The translations under genes were made by a program, and so were the position numbers. A DNA stretch of 64,000 nucleotides from a virus, in the IMG/VR virus record IMGVR_UViG_3300031841_004520, positions 1 to 64,000 of that record. One strand, 5' to 3'. Shown here in pieces: positions 36,888-46,621 of this stretch; position 1 is the stretch's first letter; every line of letters starts with the position of its first letter. Under the pieces are notes generated by a model, which had not been told where the DNA came from, made no database searches, and saw only the letters and a program-made list of their open reading frames with translations.

Positions 36888-39800
36888 ATGGCACAGCCTT
36901 TTAATCTTACAGCACAGCTTAACTTGCAAGGCCCTTCTAATGTAAAAAAAGTAGTTGCAGATATTAGAAGACAGCTTGGAACCATTAAAGCAAATGTAGA
37001 CCTTAACATTAAAGGGACTACAGCCAAGAATATTGCTGGAATTAATAAACAGCTGAACTCTTTAGCTGCTGCCGCTAAAAATGCTCAGGGTAATGTTACC
37101 ACTCTAGGTGCTGCTCTGAAAAGTTTAAATAGCGGATTTAATAGTGCTAATTCTACAGCTAAAACTTTTAATAAGACAGCAGCATCTACAGGCAAAAATA
37201 TACAAAATAGTGCTCAAAGTGTTCAACAAGCTACTACTGCTGTAGAAGAGTTTGGTAAACAATCCGCATTGGCCGTTAAGCGTTTTGCTGCTTTTAGTGT
37301 TGTTACTTCTGTGATAAATAGATTTAGTAGTGCTGTTAGTGATAGTTTTAAAACCTTTATTGCTTTTGATAGACAGCTAGTAAGAGTTGCTCAAGTTACT
37401 GGTGGTACTGCTGCGGACATAAAAGCATTGTCAAACGAGATAGGAAGTTTAGCCGCTAAGTTTGGTGTTGCTTCTACTGATTTGGCTGAAGTTTCTGTTA
37501 CTTTAGCACAAGCAGGTTTAAGTGCAAATCAGGCGAAGGTTGCTTTAGAAGCATTGGCCAAAACATCATTAGCTGCTACATTTACTAATATTAACAATAC
37601 AACAGAGGGCAGTATTGCTCTTATGCGTCAGTTCAAAGTTAGTGTGCAAGACCTAGAGAGTGCTCTTGGATCTATTAATGCTGTTGCTGGTGAATTTGCT
37701 GTGGAATCTAGTGATATCATTACTGCAATTTCTAGAGCTGGTGGTGTGTTTGCTGCTGCTAGTAAGGGAGTGAGTACTGGTACAGAAGCCTTGCAAGAAT
37801 TTGTTGCTGTTTTTACTAGTGTAAGATCTACTAGTCGTGAAAGCGCAGAAACTATTGCTACTGGTTTGCGAACTATTTTTACTAGAATTCAACGTGGCAG
37901 CACAATAAAGTTCTTAAAAGAGTTCGGTGTGGAGCTGCAAGATGTAGAGGGTAAGTTTGTTGGTCCATTTGAAGCCGTTAGAAGACTTAGCGATGCGTTG
38001 CAGGGACTTGATCCTAGAGATGTTCGGTTTACAAAAATTGTAGAAGAACTTGGTGGCTTTAGACAAATTGGTAAAGTTATCCCTTTAATTCAAGAGTTTG
38101 CAACTGCACAAGAAGCATTAGCAGTCGCACAAAGAGGTTCAGGATCATTAACCAAAGATGCTGTAACAGCACAGGCAGCTCTTGCAGTACAATTTCAAAA
38201 AACTCGTGAAGAATTCAACAATCTAATTAGAGATATTGGACAGAGTGCTACTTTTCAAACCATTACTAAACTTGTACTGGGATTAGCTAATTCCTTTATT
38301 AGTGTAGCTGGAGCTTTAAAGCCAATACTACCTTTGATTACTGCACTTACTGCAGCAAAAGGCTTTAAGTTTATTACTGAATTTATGAGTGGGTTTAAGG
38401 GAGGTCTTGGGGGTGGTGGCGGACTAGCTGGTGCTCTTGGTGGTGGTGGAGGTGCTCCATCTGGTGGCGGTGGCGGTGGCGCTGGTGGTGCAGTACAGGC
38501 AAACACTACAGCTTTAACCTCAAGCACTTCAGCAATACAGCAATTAACTACAGCTATAAATAATTTGGTTGGCGGTACTAAAACACAGCCTTTAGGAGCA
38601 TTGCAAGGAATAAAATTTGCTAGAGGTGGAGATGTTCCTGGCACAGGCAATAGAGATACTGTTCCGGCAATGTTACAGCCAGGAGAGTTTGTAATTCGTA
38701 AAAGTGCTGTAGACGCATTCGGTAGAGATAATCTTGCTAGGATTAATAAGTATAACAATGGAGGACCTGCTAAAAGGGCCGGTATTTCAGAAGTCAAAAG
38801 AATTACTAAAGTTTTAGATGGAGACACCTTCGATGCTGAAGTTGTACCAACTCGTGAGTCTTTTACCGCTAGATTTAGACCAGAGGGATATGATGCTTAT
38901 GAAACTAGTGGTATCAGTAGGGTCGCACAAGATAGGCTAGAAAGACTAAGAGAGCTTAATAGAAATAATGCACAAATAAGTGCAGCGTTACGAAATCCCA
39001 AAATCAGTGGCACTGACCCAGGTATTGAAATACCAGAAAATACCTTAATAGAACAGAATAGAACCGCTTTGGATGCAGCAAAGAGTGGGACAAAACAGTA
39101 CGCTGCATATCTTGAGAAGAACAAAGATATTCTTGCAGATCAGATACTTAGAGAAGATGGTGGTTTTGGTAGATATCTTATTGATCATGGCGGTGTTCCT
39201 ATTGGGCCAAGAAATGTAACTGGTAGATTTAGTAAGTTTGCTACTGGCGGAGCAGTTTCAGATACTGTTCCTGCTATGCTTACTCCCGGCGAGTATGTAA
39301 TAAACAAGAAGTCTGCCCAAGCATTTGGTTATGGTAATCTCAAGAAGATTAATGGTTATGCTCAGGGTGGTGTTGTTAAAAATGGAGTTCAGCATTTTAG
39401 TAATGGAGGTATGGCTGATAGACTTAGTGAAGCATTTTCTGATCAAAATATAGCCAAACAGCTTAAAGCTACCTCTATACAAGTAAGAAGATTTGGTTTA
39501 ACTTTACAAAGAGGAGCATCTAAAGCTAGTAAAAAAGTATCTGATAACTTTAGGGTTGCTAGTATACAAACTCAAAGATTCGGTCTTCGCATTGATGAAG
39601 CAAGTAAGTTTACAGGGAGTTTTGTTGGTACTTTTAGTGCTGGTCTTGCTGCTTTGACTCCGCAAATAGATAGCATGGTAGCTAGTTTTGATCAGCTAAA
39701 CGGTACAACCTTAGCAACTAGCGAAGAGTTTATGGGCTTTCGAAAAGGCTTGGAAGGAGCTACATCAAAAGGTTTAAGTGCTTCTATTGCAGCCCAGCAA

Positions 39801-42800
39801 GCTGGTTTTGGACGAAAGAGCACTGCACTAATCGCTGGTGGAGCCGCTGTATCTGGCGCAGTGTCAGGATTTATTGCAGGAGGATCACAAGCACGAGAAA
39901 GAGAGTTTAGGGCAGAGGGTGGCAAAGCTGATGTTAGACGTTCACAGGCTCGTGAAGATTTTAATTCAGCTGGTACAGAGAAGCAGCAATTACAAGCATT
40001 AGCAGATTTTACGGATGCGACTGTAGATTATAACGCTAGTATAGCAGCGGCAAATAAAGAATACATGAGCGAGACTGCTAGGCTTGGTAGAGCTATTGGA
40101 TCGGTTACTGATGGTATTCTTGGCGGACTAATGTTACTTGGTGGTATCAGGGGTGCTAGGGGTGCTATGGGGAGATCTGCAGGTGGTCCTGTTTATGCTA
40201 GTAAGGGACAGTATGTTAATTATGAGCCTAAAGGTACAGATACCGTACCGGCTATGCTGAGTCCTGGTGAATTTGTTGTTAATGCTAGATCTACTAAACA
40301 AAACAAAGGATTGCTAGAAGCTATTAATAAAAGTAAAGGCGGTACGATAAGAAGCCCAGTTTACTTGCGTAATGGTGGGATGTCTTACGACGAGGCTAGA
40401 AAACTAGGATATAGTCATAGTGAAGCTTATGCTATGAATAAGAAGAACATAGAGAGCTCAGGCTCCAAAAATGCTGGTTTCTTTGGTGGGATAGGTTATC
40501 TGGGGCAGCTGAGTCAGTTTTATAATCCTTTTGATAATACTAAAAGAGAAGGTAATGATTCTTTAGGTGAAGGAATTAGAAATACTGGTAGAGGATCAAT
40601 GGCTATAGCAGCTGCGGCAGGTACAGCCGCTGGTGGTCTAGCTCTGGCTCCTGGTCTTGCTGCTGGGGTTGGTGGTACTGGGGCTCTTGGTACTGCTTCC
40701 AACGTAGGTTTCGGCGCAATGGATGCTGCGGACTTTGCTGCAGATCCTTCACTTGCTACTGGAGCAATGTTAGCTACTAATTTTATACCTGGATCTGGTT
40801 TCATTAAAGGTGGTGCTAGAGGGGTAAAGGCTGCAAAGGGAGCAACTCAAGTCGCTAAGACAGCGAAGGCTTCAAAGACAGCATCAAAAGCTAGTAAGAA
40901 AGGTGGTGGGTTCTTTAGTAGACTGTTTGGTGGTGGTAAAAAAGCGACACCAGGTGCAGTAACTCCTCCACAGACACCTTTGCGTCGAACACCAGGAGCG
41001 TCTCCCGTAACTCCAGGGGCAGGCAAGCCTAGCAGCTCCCTGCGGCGAGACTTTATCGGACCTCCTGCTCCACCTCCTAAAGTCCCCAAAGCAACATCAG
41101 TAACTGGTAAAACCAGCAGAACACGAACAGGAATGAGAAGACGTGGATTTGGTAGAACCGGTAAGTTTGGAAGGGCAATGAATATGGCAGGCAATGCTGC
41201 TTCGCTAGGGATGTTTGCGCTTGGTGCTGCTGGTGGCATAAGTGAAGGCGTAAGTCAATATATGGGAACAGATGCTGAATCAGCCGCTAGAATGCAACAA
41301 GCTAGTCTTGACAGATTTGCAGGAACTAAAGAAGGAGCCATAAAGAGAGGTCAGATAGGTAGGTTAGATAGTCCTGTAAATCAAAGAGTGTTAGAAAACT
41401 TCGACAGAGTTAGAGCTGGCGGCGGAAGCGCAGAATTTCAAAGAAGACAATTAGGACAATCTGATGTTAATGATTTAACAACAGGAGGTTTATTAAGTGA
41501 ACAGCGTAGACAAGAAAGTATAAGACAAGCAACCAGTAAGATCGGTGCCGAGGGTGGCAGTTCTATCAATATTGCAGCAGACGAAACAGCACAAGAATTC
41601 ATGGCCAGTGATAGGTATGCTGCCTTAAAGGACGATGAGAAAAAAGCTATTGAAAAGGCCATAGTCGCTGGAGAGAGACAATTAACCAACGATGCTTATA
41701 GGGCTGCTAGAGCAAAAGAACTAGAGCGTGCAGGCATCTCTGCTGCAGATGCTCAGAAACAGATAACTAAAGAATTACATGAGAATACTGATGTCAATGG
41801 TAATCTGACAGGAGCTGTAGCCAGGCGAGCAGAATTAGAAAGAGGTATAGCTGAAGAGACAGCCTCCAAAGCACTTAAGGCTGCTATGGAGCAGAAGAAA
41901 TTTACCAGACAGACAGCAGATCTTACTGCAATTATGACACGAGCTAGTGCTAGTTTTAAACGGCTAAGTAGCGAAATGGATGTTGTTGTTGCGTCTACTA
42001 ATTCTATGGTGGGTGCAATAGGAGGTCAAGCGACCGCTGCTTCTGGTGTTCGTGGTAGTGCGGCTGTTAGAGATGCAGAAGTTCTTAAAAATCCTACAGC
42101 TTTCTCTACATCGGAACTTGATGCTACATTAGCTAGAGCCGTAACAGGCTTAGGGGGTAGTGAGCCAATACAACAAGCTGCAGATTTGACAAGAGCCCAA
42201 GCTGGATTCGACAAACTTAAACCTACCATTGAGGCAGCGTTAAAGGGAGAAGGCGGATCAAGTTTAGATCGTACCGATATTGTAGATATGCTGGAAAAAG
42301 GATTTAAAGATTTAAAAATAGAAGCTCCTGATGGATTTCTTGATGCTGCGGCAGAATCTTTGCAAGGAGGCGAAGGTGCAGGAAAAACTTTAAGCATGAT
42401 GTTGACAAAGTCTAAACAAGCCAACGAACTTCTTGCACAATATGCTGATCTTGCTGCTAAAGGTTTACAGCAACTAGCTGGTCAATCTGATTTACTTAGT
42501 GCTAGTTTGTCTAGAGTTAAAACTTTGCGTGGTGAAAAAGCTGCAATCGATGCTGAGGGTAACGTTAATTTGAAAGAAGCTTTAGGGTTTGATCCTTCTA
42601 AAGGTGAGTTAACGGCTGGTAGAGATGCCAGAATTGGTGCTTTAACTGGCGGAACCACAGATCCTAATGCTATATTTAATCAAATGCAATCGGATTTAGA
42701 TACTCGTAAAACTTTAGAGGGAGGCGGCACAGTAAATATTGGTGGCGAAGAGATGGACCAACAAGCTGCATTAGCTAGTGGAGAAATGGCTAAGTTAAAT

Positions 42801-43802
42801 AGTAGTATTAATGATTCTAGAAAAGCTCTTGAGATGTTGGCCAACGACACTACGGCTGCAGATGCCGCGTTGCAAAAAATTGCTGATAGAGATTCTCAGT
42901 TAAGAGAACAGTCTTCTACGGCATTAGACATGGTCGCTGATCCTAGCAAAGCCCTAGATTTTATTGGTCAAAGTCAATCGTTAAGCAGGGTGTTGAGTGG
43001 TCAGGGTGGTTTCCAAGATGTTGGGGCTGGCAAGGCTGCTTTAGGCCAATTAGAAGGCATGATTCCTCCAGAGATGTTTGCTAAATTACAAGAAAAATTC
43101 TTTAAGGGAGCAGGTCAAGGTACTGGGTTGGGGGGTGCCTTGCAACCATTTGCTGCTGGTGCTGCCAGTGGTATTGATGGCAAAAAAGATGATCCTGTTA
43201 TGGCTCGTGAAATTGCGGCTTTTGAAGAAGCTAACAAGATAAGAAAAGAAGCAACAGACAAACTAATCGCACTTGAGCTACAAGCTGGTGAAGCTATTCA
43301 GGGTAGTCTTACTACTTTAAATGATCAAATCACTAATCAGCTTGCTCCCATAATAGATCAAATCAATACCGAACTTACCACTTTCAAAAATAATGTTGCT
43401 GCTGCTAATGGTGGCGGTGCTGGTGGGGCCGGTGGGGCCGGTGGAGCTGGAGCTGGTGCTCCTCCTCCTCCTGAGGGTGGTGTAGCTGGTGCTGCTCCTG
43501 CTAACAATCCTTTGGCGGGCATACAGGCTCCAAATATTTCGAAGGAAGGCAGAGAAAACCTTGGTTATAAAGATTCTATGGCTGATGATATGGCGGCTCG
43601 TGGTGGAGGATCTGCAAACAACACCATGCAACTACAAGCACCATCAGAGCCAATGCAAGTATCCATAAGTCTAGACGCAGGATCACAAGCAGCTTTAGGT
43701 GCAGCTGGAACAGAAGAGATCAAGAAAGCCATGTCTAGGATAGGTGACTTAATATACGAAAAAACAAATAGCAGTATAGATATTAGAGGGGGATTGGCTT
43801 AA
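36888..43802 (+). CDS. Tape measure protein (2304 aa) with embedded SNase-like domain
   Basis: TP901-type TMP core (LAQAGL...RESAETIATGLRTIFTRI), Ala/Gly helical repeats, three DTVPAML.PGE(F/Y)V motifs, DGDT...GYDAYE...FGRYL. Confidence 0.9.
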   Translation: MAQPFNLTAQLNLQGPSNVKKVVADIRRQLGTIKANVDLNIKGTTAKNIAGINKQLNSLAAAAKNAQGNVTTLGAALKSLNSGFNSANSTAKTFNKTAASTGKNIQNSAQSVQQATTAVEEFGKQSALAVKRFAAFSVVTSVINRFSSAVSDSFKTFIAFDRQLVRVAQVTGGTAADIKALSNEIGSLAAKFGVASTDLAEVSVTLAQAGLSANQAKVALEALAKTSLAATFTNINNTTEGSIALMRQFKVSVQDLESALGSINAVAGEFAVESSDIITAISRAGGVFAAASKGVSTGTEALQEFVAVFTSVRSTSRESAETIATGLRTIFTRIQRGSTIKFLKEFGVELQDVEGKFVGPFEAVRRLSDALQGLDPRDVRFTKIVEELGGFRQIGKVIPLIQEFATAQEALAVAQRGSGSLTKDAVTAQAALAVQFQKTREEFNNLIRDIGQSATFQTITKLVLGLANSFISVAGALKPILPLITALTAAKGFKFITEFMSGFKGGLGGGGGLAGALGGGGGAPSGGGGGGAGGAVQANTTALTSSTSAIQQLTTAINNLVGGTKTQPLGALQGIKFARGGDVPGTGNRDTVPAMLQPGEFVIRKSAVDAFGRDNLARINKYNNGGPAKRAGISEVKRITKVLDGDTFDAEVVPTRESFTARFRPEGYDAYETSGISRVAQDRLERLRELNRNNAQISAALRNPKISGTDPGIEIPENTLIEQNRTALDAAKSGTKQYAAYLEKNKDILADQILREDGGFGRYLIDHGGVPIGPRNVTGRFSKFATGGAVSDTVPAMLTPGEYVINKKSAQAFGYGNLKKINGYAQGGVVKNGVQHFSNGGMADRLSEAFSDQNIAKQLKATSIQVRRFGLTLQRGASKASKKVSDNFRVASIQTQRFGLRIDEASKFTGSFVGTFSAGLAALTPQIDSMVASFDQLNGTTLATSEEFMGFRKGLEGATSKGLSASIAAQQAGFGRKSTALIAGGAAVSGAVSGFIAGGSQAREREFRAEGGKADVRRSQAREDFNSAGTEKQQLQALADFTDATVDYNASIAAANKEYMSETARLGRAIGSVTDGILGGLMLLGGIRGARGAMGRSAGGPVYASKGQYVNYEPKGTDTVPAMLSPGEFVVNARSTKQNKGLLEAINKSKGGTIRSPVYLRNGGMSYDEARKLGYSHSEAYAMNKKNIESSGSKNAGFFGGIGYLGQLSQFYNPFDNTKREGNDSLGEGIRNTGRGSMAIAAAAGTAAGGLALAPGLAAGVGGTGALGTASNVGFGAMDAADFAADPSLATGAMLATNFIPGSGFIKGGARGVKAAKGATQVAKTAKASKTASKASKKGGGFFSRLFGGGKKATPGAVTPPQTPLRRTPGASPVTPGAGKPSSSLRRDFIGPPAPPPKVPKATSVTGKTSRTRTGMRRRGFGRTGKFGRAMNMAGNAASLGMFALGAAGGISEGVSQYMGTDAESAARMQQASLDRFAGTKEGAIKRGQIGRLDSPVNQRVLENFDRVRAGGGSAEFQRRQLGQSDVNDLTTGGLLSEQRRQESIRQATSKIGAEGGSSINIAADETAQEFMASDRYAALKDDEKKAIEKAIVAGERQLTNDAYRAARAKELERAGISAADAQKQITKELHENTDVNGNLTGAVARRAELERGIAEETASKALKAAMEQKKFTRQTADLTAIMTRASASFKRLSSEMDVVVASTNSMVGAIGGQATAASGVRGSAAVRDAEVLKNPTAFSTSELDATLARAVTGLGGSEPIQQAADLTRAQAGFDKLKPTIEAALKGEGGSSLDRTDIVDMLEKGFKDLKIEAPDGFLDAAAESLQGGEGAGKTLSMMLTKSKQANELLAQYADLAAKGLQQLAGQSDLLSASLSRVKTLRGEKAAIDAEGNVNLKEALGFDPSKGELTAGRDARIGALTGGTTDPNAIFNQMQSDLDTRKTLEGGGTVNIGGEEMDQQAALASGEMAKLNSSINDSRKALEMLANDTTAADAALQKIADRDSQLREQSSTALDMVADPSKALDFIGQSQSLSRVLSGQGGFQDVGAGKAALGQLEGMIPPEMFAKLQEKFFKGAGQGTGLGGALQPFAAGAASGIDGKKDDPVMAREIAAFEEANKIRKEATDKLIALELQAGEAIQGSLTTLNDQITNQLAPIIDQINTELTTFKNNVAAANGGGAGGAGGAGGAGAGAPPPPEGGVAGAAPANNPLAGIQAPNISKEGRENLGYKDSMADDMAARGGGSANNTMQLQAPSEPMQVSISLDAGSQAALGAAGTEEIKKAMSRIGDLIYEKTNSSIDIRGGLA

Positions 43803-45691
43803 TGTCAAATTATTTTGAAAATACTAAAAGTAGTACTGAATATCATGTTATGACAGAAGAGGTTACTGCATCTGGCACTACGGTGACATTGGGCAGCATT
43901 GGCAAATTAGAGCCTGTTCCTTTTGTTTCTATATCTCTAGAAAAATATACAGTAGGAGACAAAACTCTTGGGGGTGTGTTAAATCTATCTTTAGAAGGTG
44001 TTTTCTATGGACAAAACTTTGATGATACAGCTTCTCAGTTGAAATCAAAAATAGACACCTTAGCAGATCAACATAGCTGCATGACAGGGATTAATATCAA
44101 ATGTGGCGATACAACAATTATCTCAAGCGGAATAGGGTATATAAGAAGTTATGCTTTTCCTCAAGGTCCGCAAAAAAATTGGATGAATATAATTCCTTAT
44201 AATATAGATGTTGTTATCACTCATCAAGGTACTGATCCTGTAGTGAAACCAGACGGGCAATTAAAACTTAAATATGATATAGATAACAATACAGCCATAA
44301 GAAGTATTAGAGAAAGTGTAAGTTGGTCATTAAATGAAAATACCCTTCAGATGTATAATCCAGATCCTAGTAAATATGACACGTATGTGTCAGCATATAC
44401 TAATGAGCATATAGTTGTTCAATATTCTTTAGATATACAGGGTTTTGGTGTTTGTGGAACTGGCTGTCATGATATTGCCGTTTTGAATGCGTTAGATTCC
44501 GCAAAACATGTTGCTGACTATAGAATACACAATATGCAAAACTTAAATACGTCGTCTTTTAGTTGCGATAGCTCAGGATTATTACCAAACAATTATGATA
44601 CCACTATTAGATATGATCATACAAGAGACATTAGCGTTAATGAACTAGAGGGCAGTTTAAGTGTTAAGGGGCAATATATCGTTAGACCTAGTGGCGCAAA
44701 GAAAGACACGCTAATGACAATGGAATCTTCTGCTGATTCTAGTTTAGATAGTGGAGAAAAAACAGTCACTCTTACTGGCAGTATTAGAGGTCTTGTTCAG
44801 AATGAGTATACAACATCTGGCGATGGCAATGGTAATCACTACAGCCCTAAGGATAGTGAAACTCTTATAGATAAAAAATCAACCGCTATGGATGCTGCTG
44901 AACTAGAAATGCAGAATATCATGGTTAGTGGTACCGGTATAATTAAGGAAATAGCTAAACATAATCAGTTGTTAAAATTTAATGCTGCCGTAGGAGATAA
45001 TACTGGTAAAACACTAGCAAACATTTCTAGTACCAACGCTAATACTTGGCAAGCCGGAGATTCAGATAATACTGAATTTAGACTATTGGGCAAAAGTATT
45101 AAAAGAAATTATCCTAATAGTACAATTGATTTTACTTTAACTTATTCTAATAAAAGCAGACATAAAATAGCTAATGCTTTATGGGCAGAGATTAGTATAG
45201 ATCACGAAATGCCTTCTAGAAGATTAGTTGAACATGTAATCCCTGGTAGAGGGTATCCTTTAATGCAAGATATATTGTGTGATACACAAGATGTGTTTAC
45301 TATAAATGTAACTGCACAATTTGAGCCAAACAGTAATATTAAAAACATTATTAATGCAGCTCGTGAAGAGATATTGGTTTTAGTATATAATACTGCTGTT
45401 AGTTTAGGTATAGGTGGATACATTCGCACAGGAGATAGTGAAAATATAGCAAACAATGGTAGTTATAAAAGAAGTATAAAACTAACCAGCCCAACGTGTA
45501 ACAATATAACAACCAGTAATACTACTTTGGATTACTTAGAGATGCCAGGTGATACATTCACTAATGCTGCACAATTAGATCTTACCACATTGAATCCAGA
45601 AGCTTTTGTGCAAGATGACTTTGAGACTGAACGGGGTATTATTCCAGCATCAATACCAGAGTTTGACAAAACAAGAGATAAGCCAGAATAA
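43802..45691 (+). CDS. Putative distal tail/hub protein
   Basis: TAATG overlap with the TMP stop, beta-rich 629 aa. Confidence 0.55.
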   Translation: MSNYFENTKSSTEYHVMTEEVTASGTTVTLGSIGKLEPVPFVSISLEKYTVGDKTLGGVLNLSLEGVFYGQNFDDTASQLKSKIDTLADQHSCMTGINIKCGDTTIISSGIGYIRSYAFPQGPQKNWMNIIPYNIDVVITHQGTDPVVKPDGQLKLKYDIDNNTAIRSIRESVSWSLNENTLQMYNPDPSKYDTYVSAYTNEHIVVQYSLDIQGFGVCGTGCHDIAVLNALDSAKHVADYRIHNMQNLNTSSFSCDSSGLLPNNYDTTIRYDHTRDISVNELEGSLSVKGQYIVRPSGAKKDTLMTMESSADSSLDSGEKTVTLTGSIRGLVQNEYTTSGDGNGNHYSPKDSETLIDKKSTAMDAAELEMQNIMVSGTGIIKEIAKHNQLLKFNAAVGDNTGKTLANISSTNANTWQAGDSDNTEFRLLGKSIKRNYPNSTIDFTLTYSNKSRHKIANALWAEISIDHEMPSRRLVEHVIPGRGYPLMQDILCDTQDVFTINVTAQFEPNSNIKNIINAAREEILVLVYNTAVSLGIGGYIRTGDSENIANNGSYKRSIKLTSPTCNNITTSNTTLDYLEMPGDTFTNAAQLDLTTLNPEAFVQDDFETERGIIPASIPEFDKTRDKPE

Positions 45692-45703
45692 TAAGGAAAT
45701 TAT

Positions 45704-46621
45704 ATGTTTAGGATTTACTACAATACAAAAGTAAGAAATTTTAATAAAGTATTACACAAGCCTAAGGTGTTACATAAGGCTTACAACTATATTTATTGTA
45801 GAGATATTGATCTAAATACTATACAGCCGGGACAAACTTTTAATATAGGTAATTTAGAGCAAACTATTTTAGAAAAAGATAGTGATGGTTTCTTTGTAGC
45901 TCCTGGATTACATATGCCAAATCCTTTATCAAAAGCAGACTTTGTGATTAACTTATTTGGAAATCAACACAATATGTCTTTTAATGCTTTTTCTTCTTAT
46001 AACTCTATGCTCGTTGGTTCTTTGATTTATCCTAGTTTTTATTCACATATAAACGTTGGAGATGAAGCCAGAGCAATAGACATACATGACAATATAGTAT
46101 ATATACAAAATTTAGAAATAACTAGTTTAGAAAATGTAGAAAGTGTTTATTTAAATGACACCATGACTACTGTAGCAAAATTTAATAAAAATTTAGAGTT
46201 GTGCGATTGGCTCAACAAAGCCTCCAACTTATCAATATATTCTTTAACTACTGTCTTAAAAAATTTAGATATGAATGTTTATTTTAGGTGTTATGGTGGA
46301 TCACCTAAGTCCAATTTTGTAGATAATCCAATGCCGCAGTATAAACTAGAAATTACTGACTTGGATACAGAAGAGACTGTGACAAAATATATTTATCAGT
46401 TTCATAGTGAGACTATTAGTGCAAAACATAGATATAAACTTATGGTTAAAGACGAGTTAAATAACATTCCTGTATTGGTTAATGATAGTAGTACTGATGG
46501 CAATATATATGTTGATTTTTCTAATATGGATAATTTTACTATGATGTCTCAAAAAACTACTACATCTAGAAAAACACTTGCAGAAATAGCAGAACCTTTG
46601 TTCCAAAGAAGAGTAAAATAA
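45704..46621 (+). CDS. Hypothetical protein (tail tip region)
   Basis: 305-aa AT-rich ORF in the operon. Confidence 0.65.
   Translation: MFRIYYNTKVRNFNKVLHKPKVLHKAYNYIYCRDIDLNTIQPGQTFNIGNLEQTILEKDSDGFFVAPGLHMPNPLSKADFVINLFGNQHNMSFNAFSSYNSMLVGSLIYPSFYSHINVGDEARAIDIHDNIVYIQNLEITSLENVESVYLNDTMTTVAKFNKNLELCDWLNKASNLSIYSLTTVLKNLDMNVYFRCYGGSPKSNFVDNPMPQYKLEITDLDTEETVTKYIYQFHSETISAKHRYKLMVKDELNNIPVLVNDSSTDGNIYVDFSNMDNFTMMSQKTTTSRKTLAEIAEPLFQRRVK

Noticed and set aside
37653-43631. Long antisense ORFs inside the tape measure gene (and similar ones such as 62234-62734)
   Set aside because: Shadow ORFs caused by Gly/Ala codon bias on the coding strand. No RBS or recognisable motifs.
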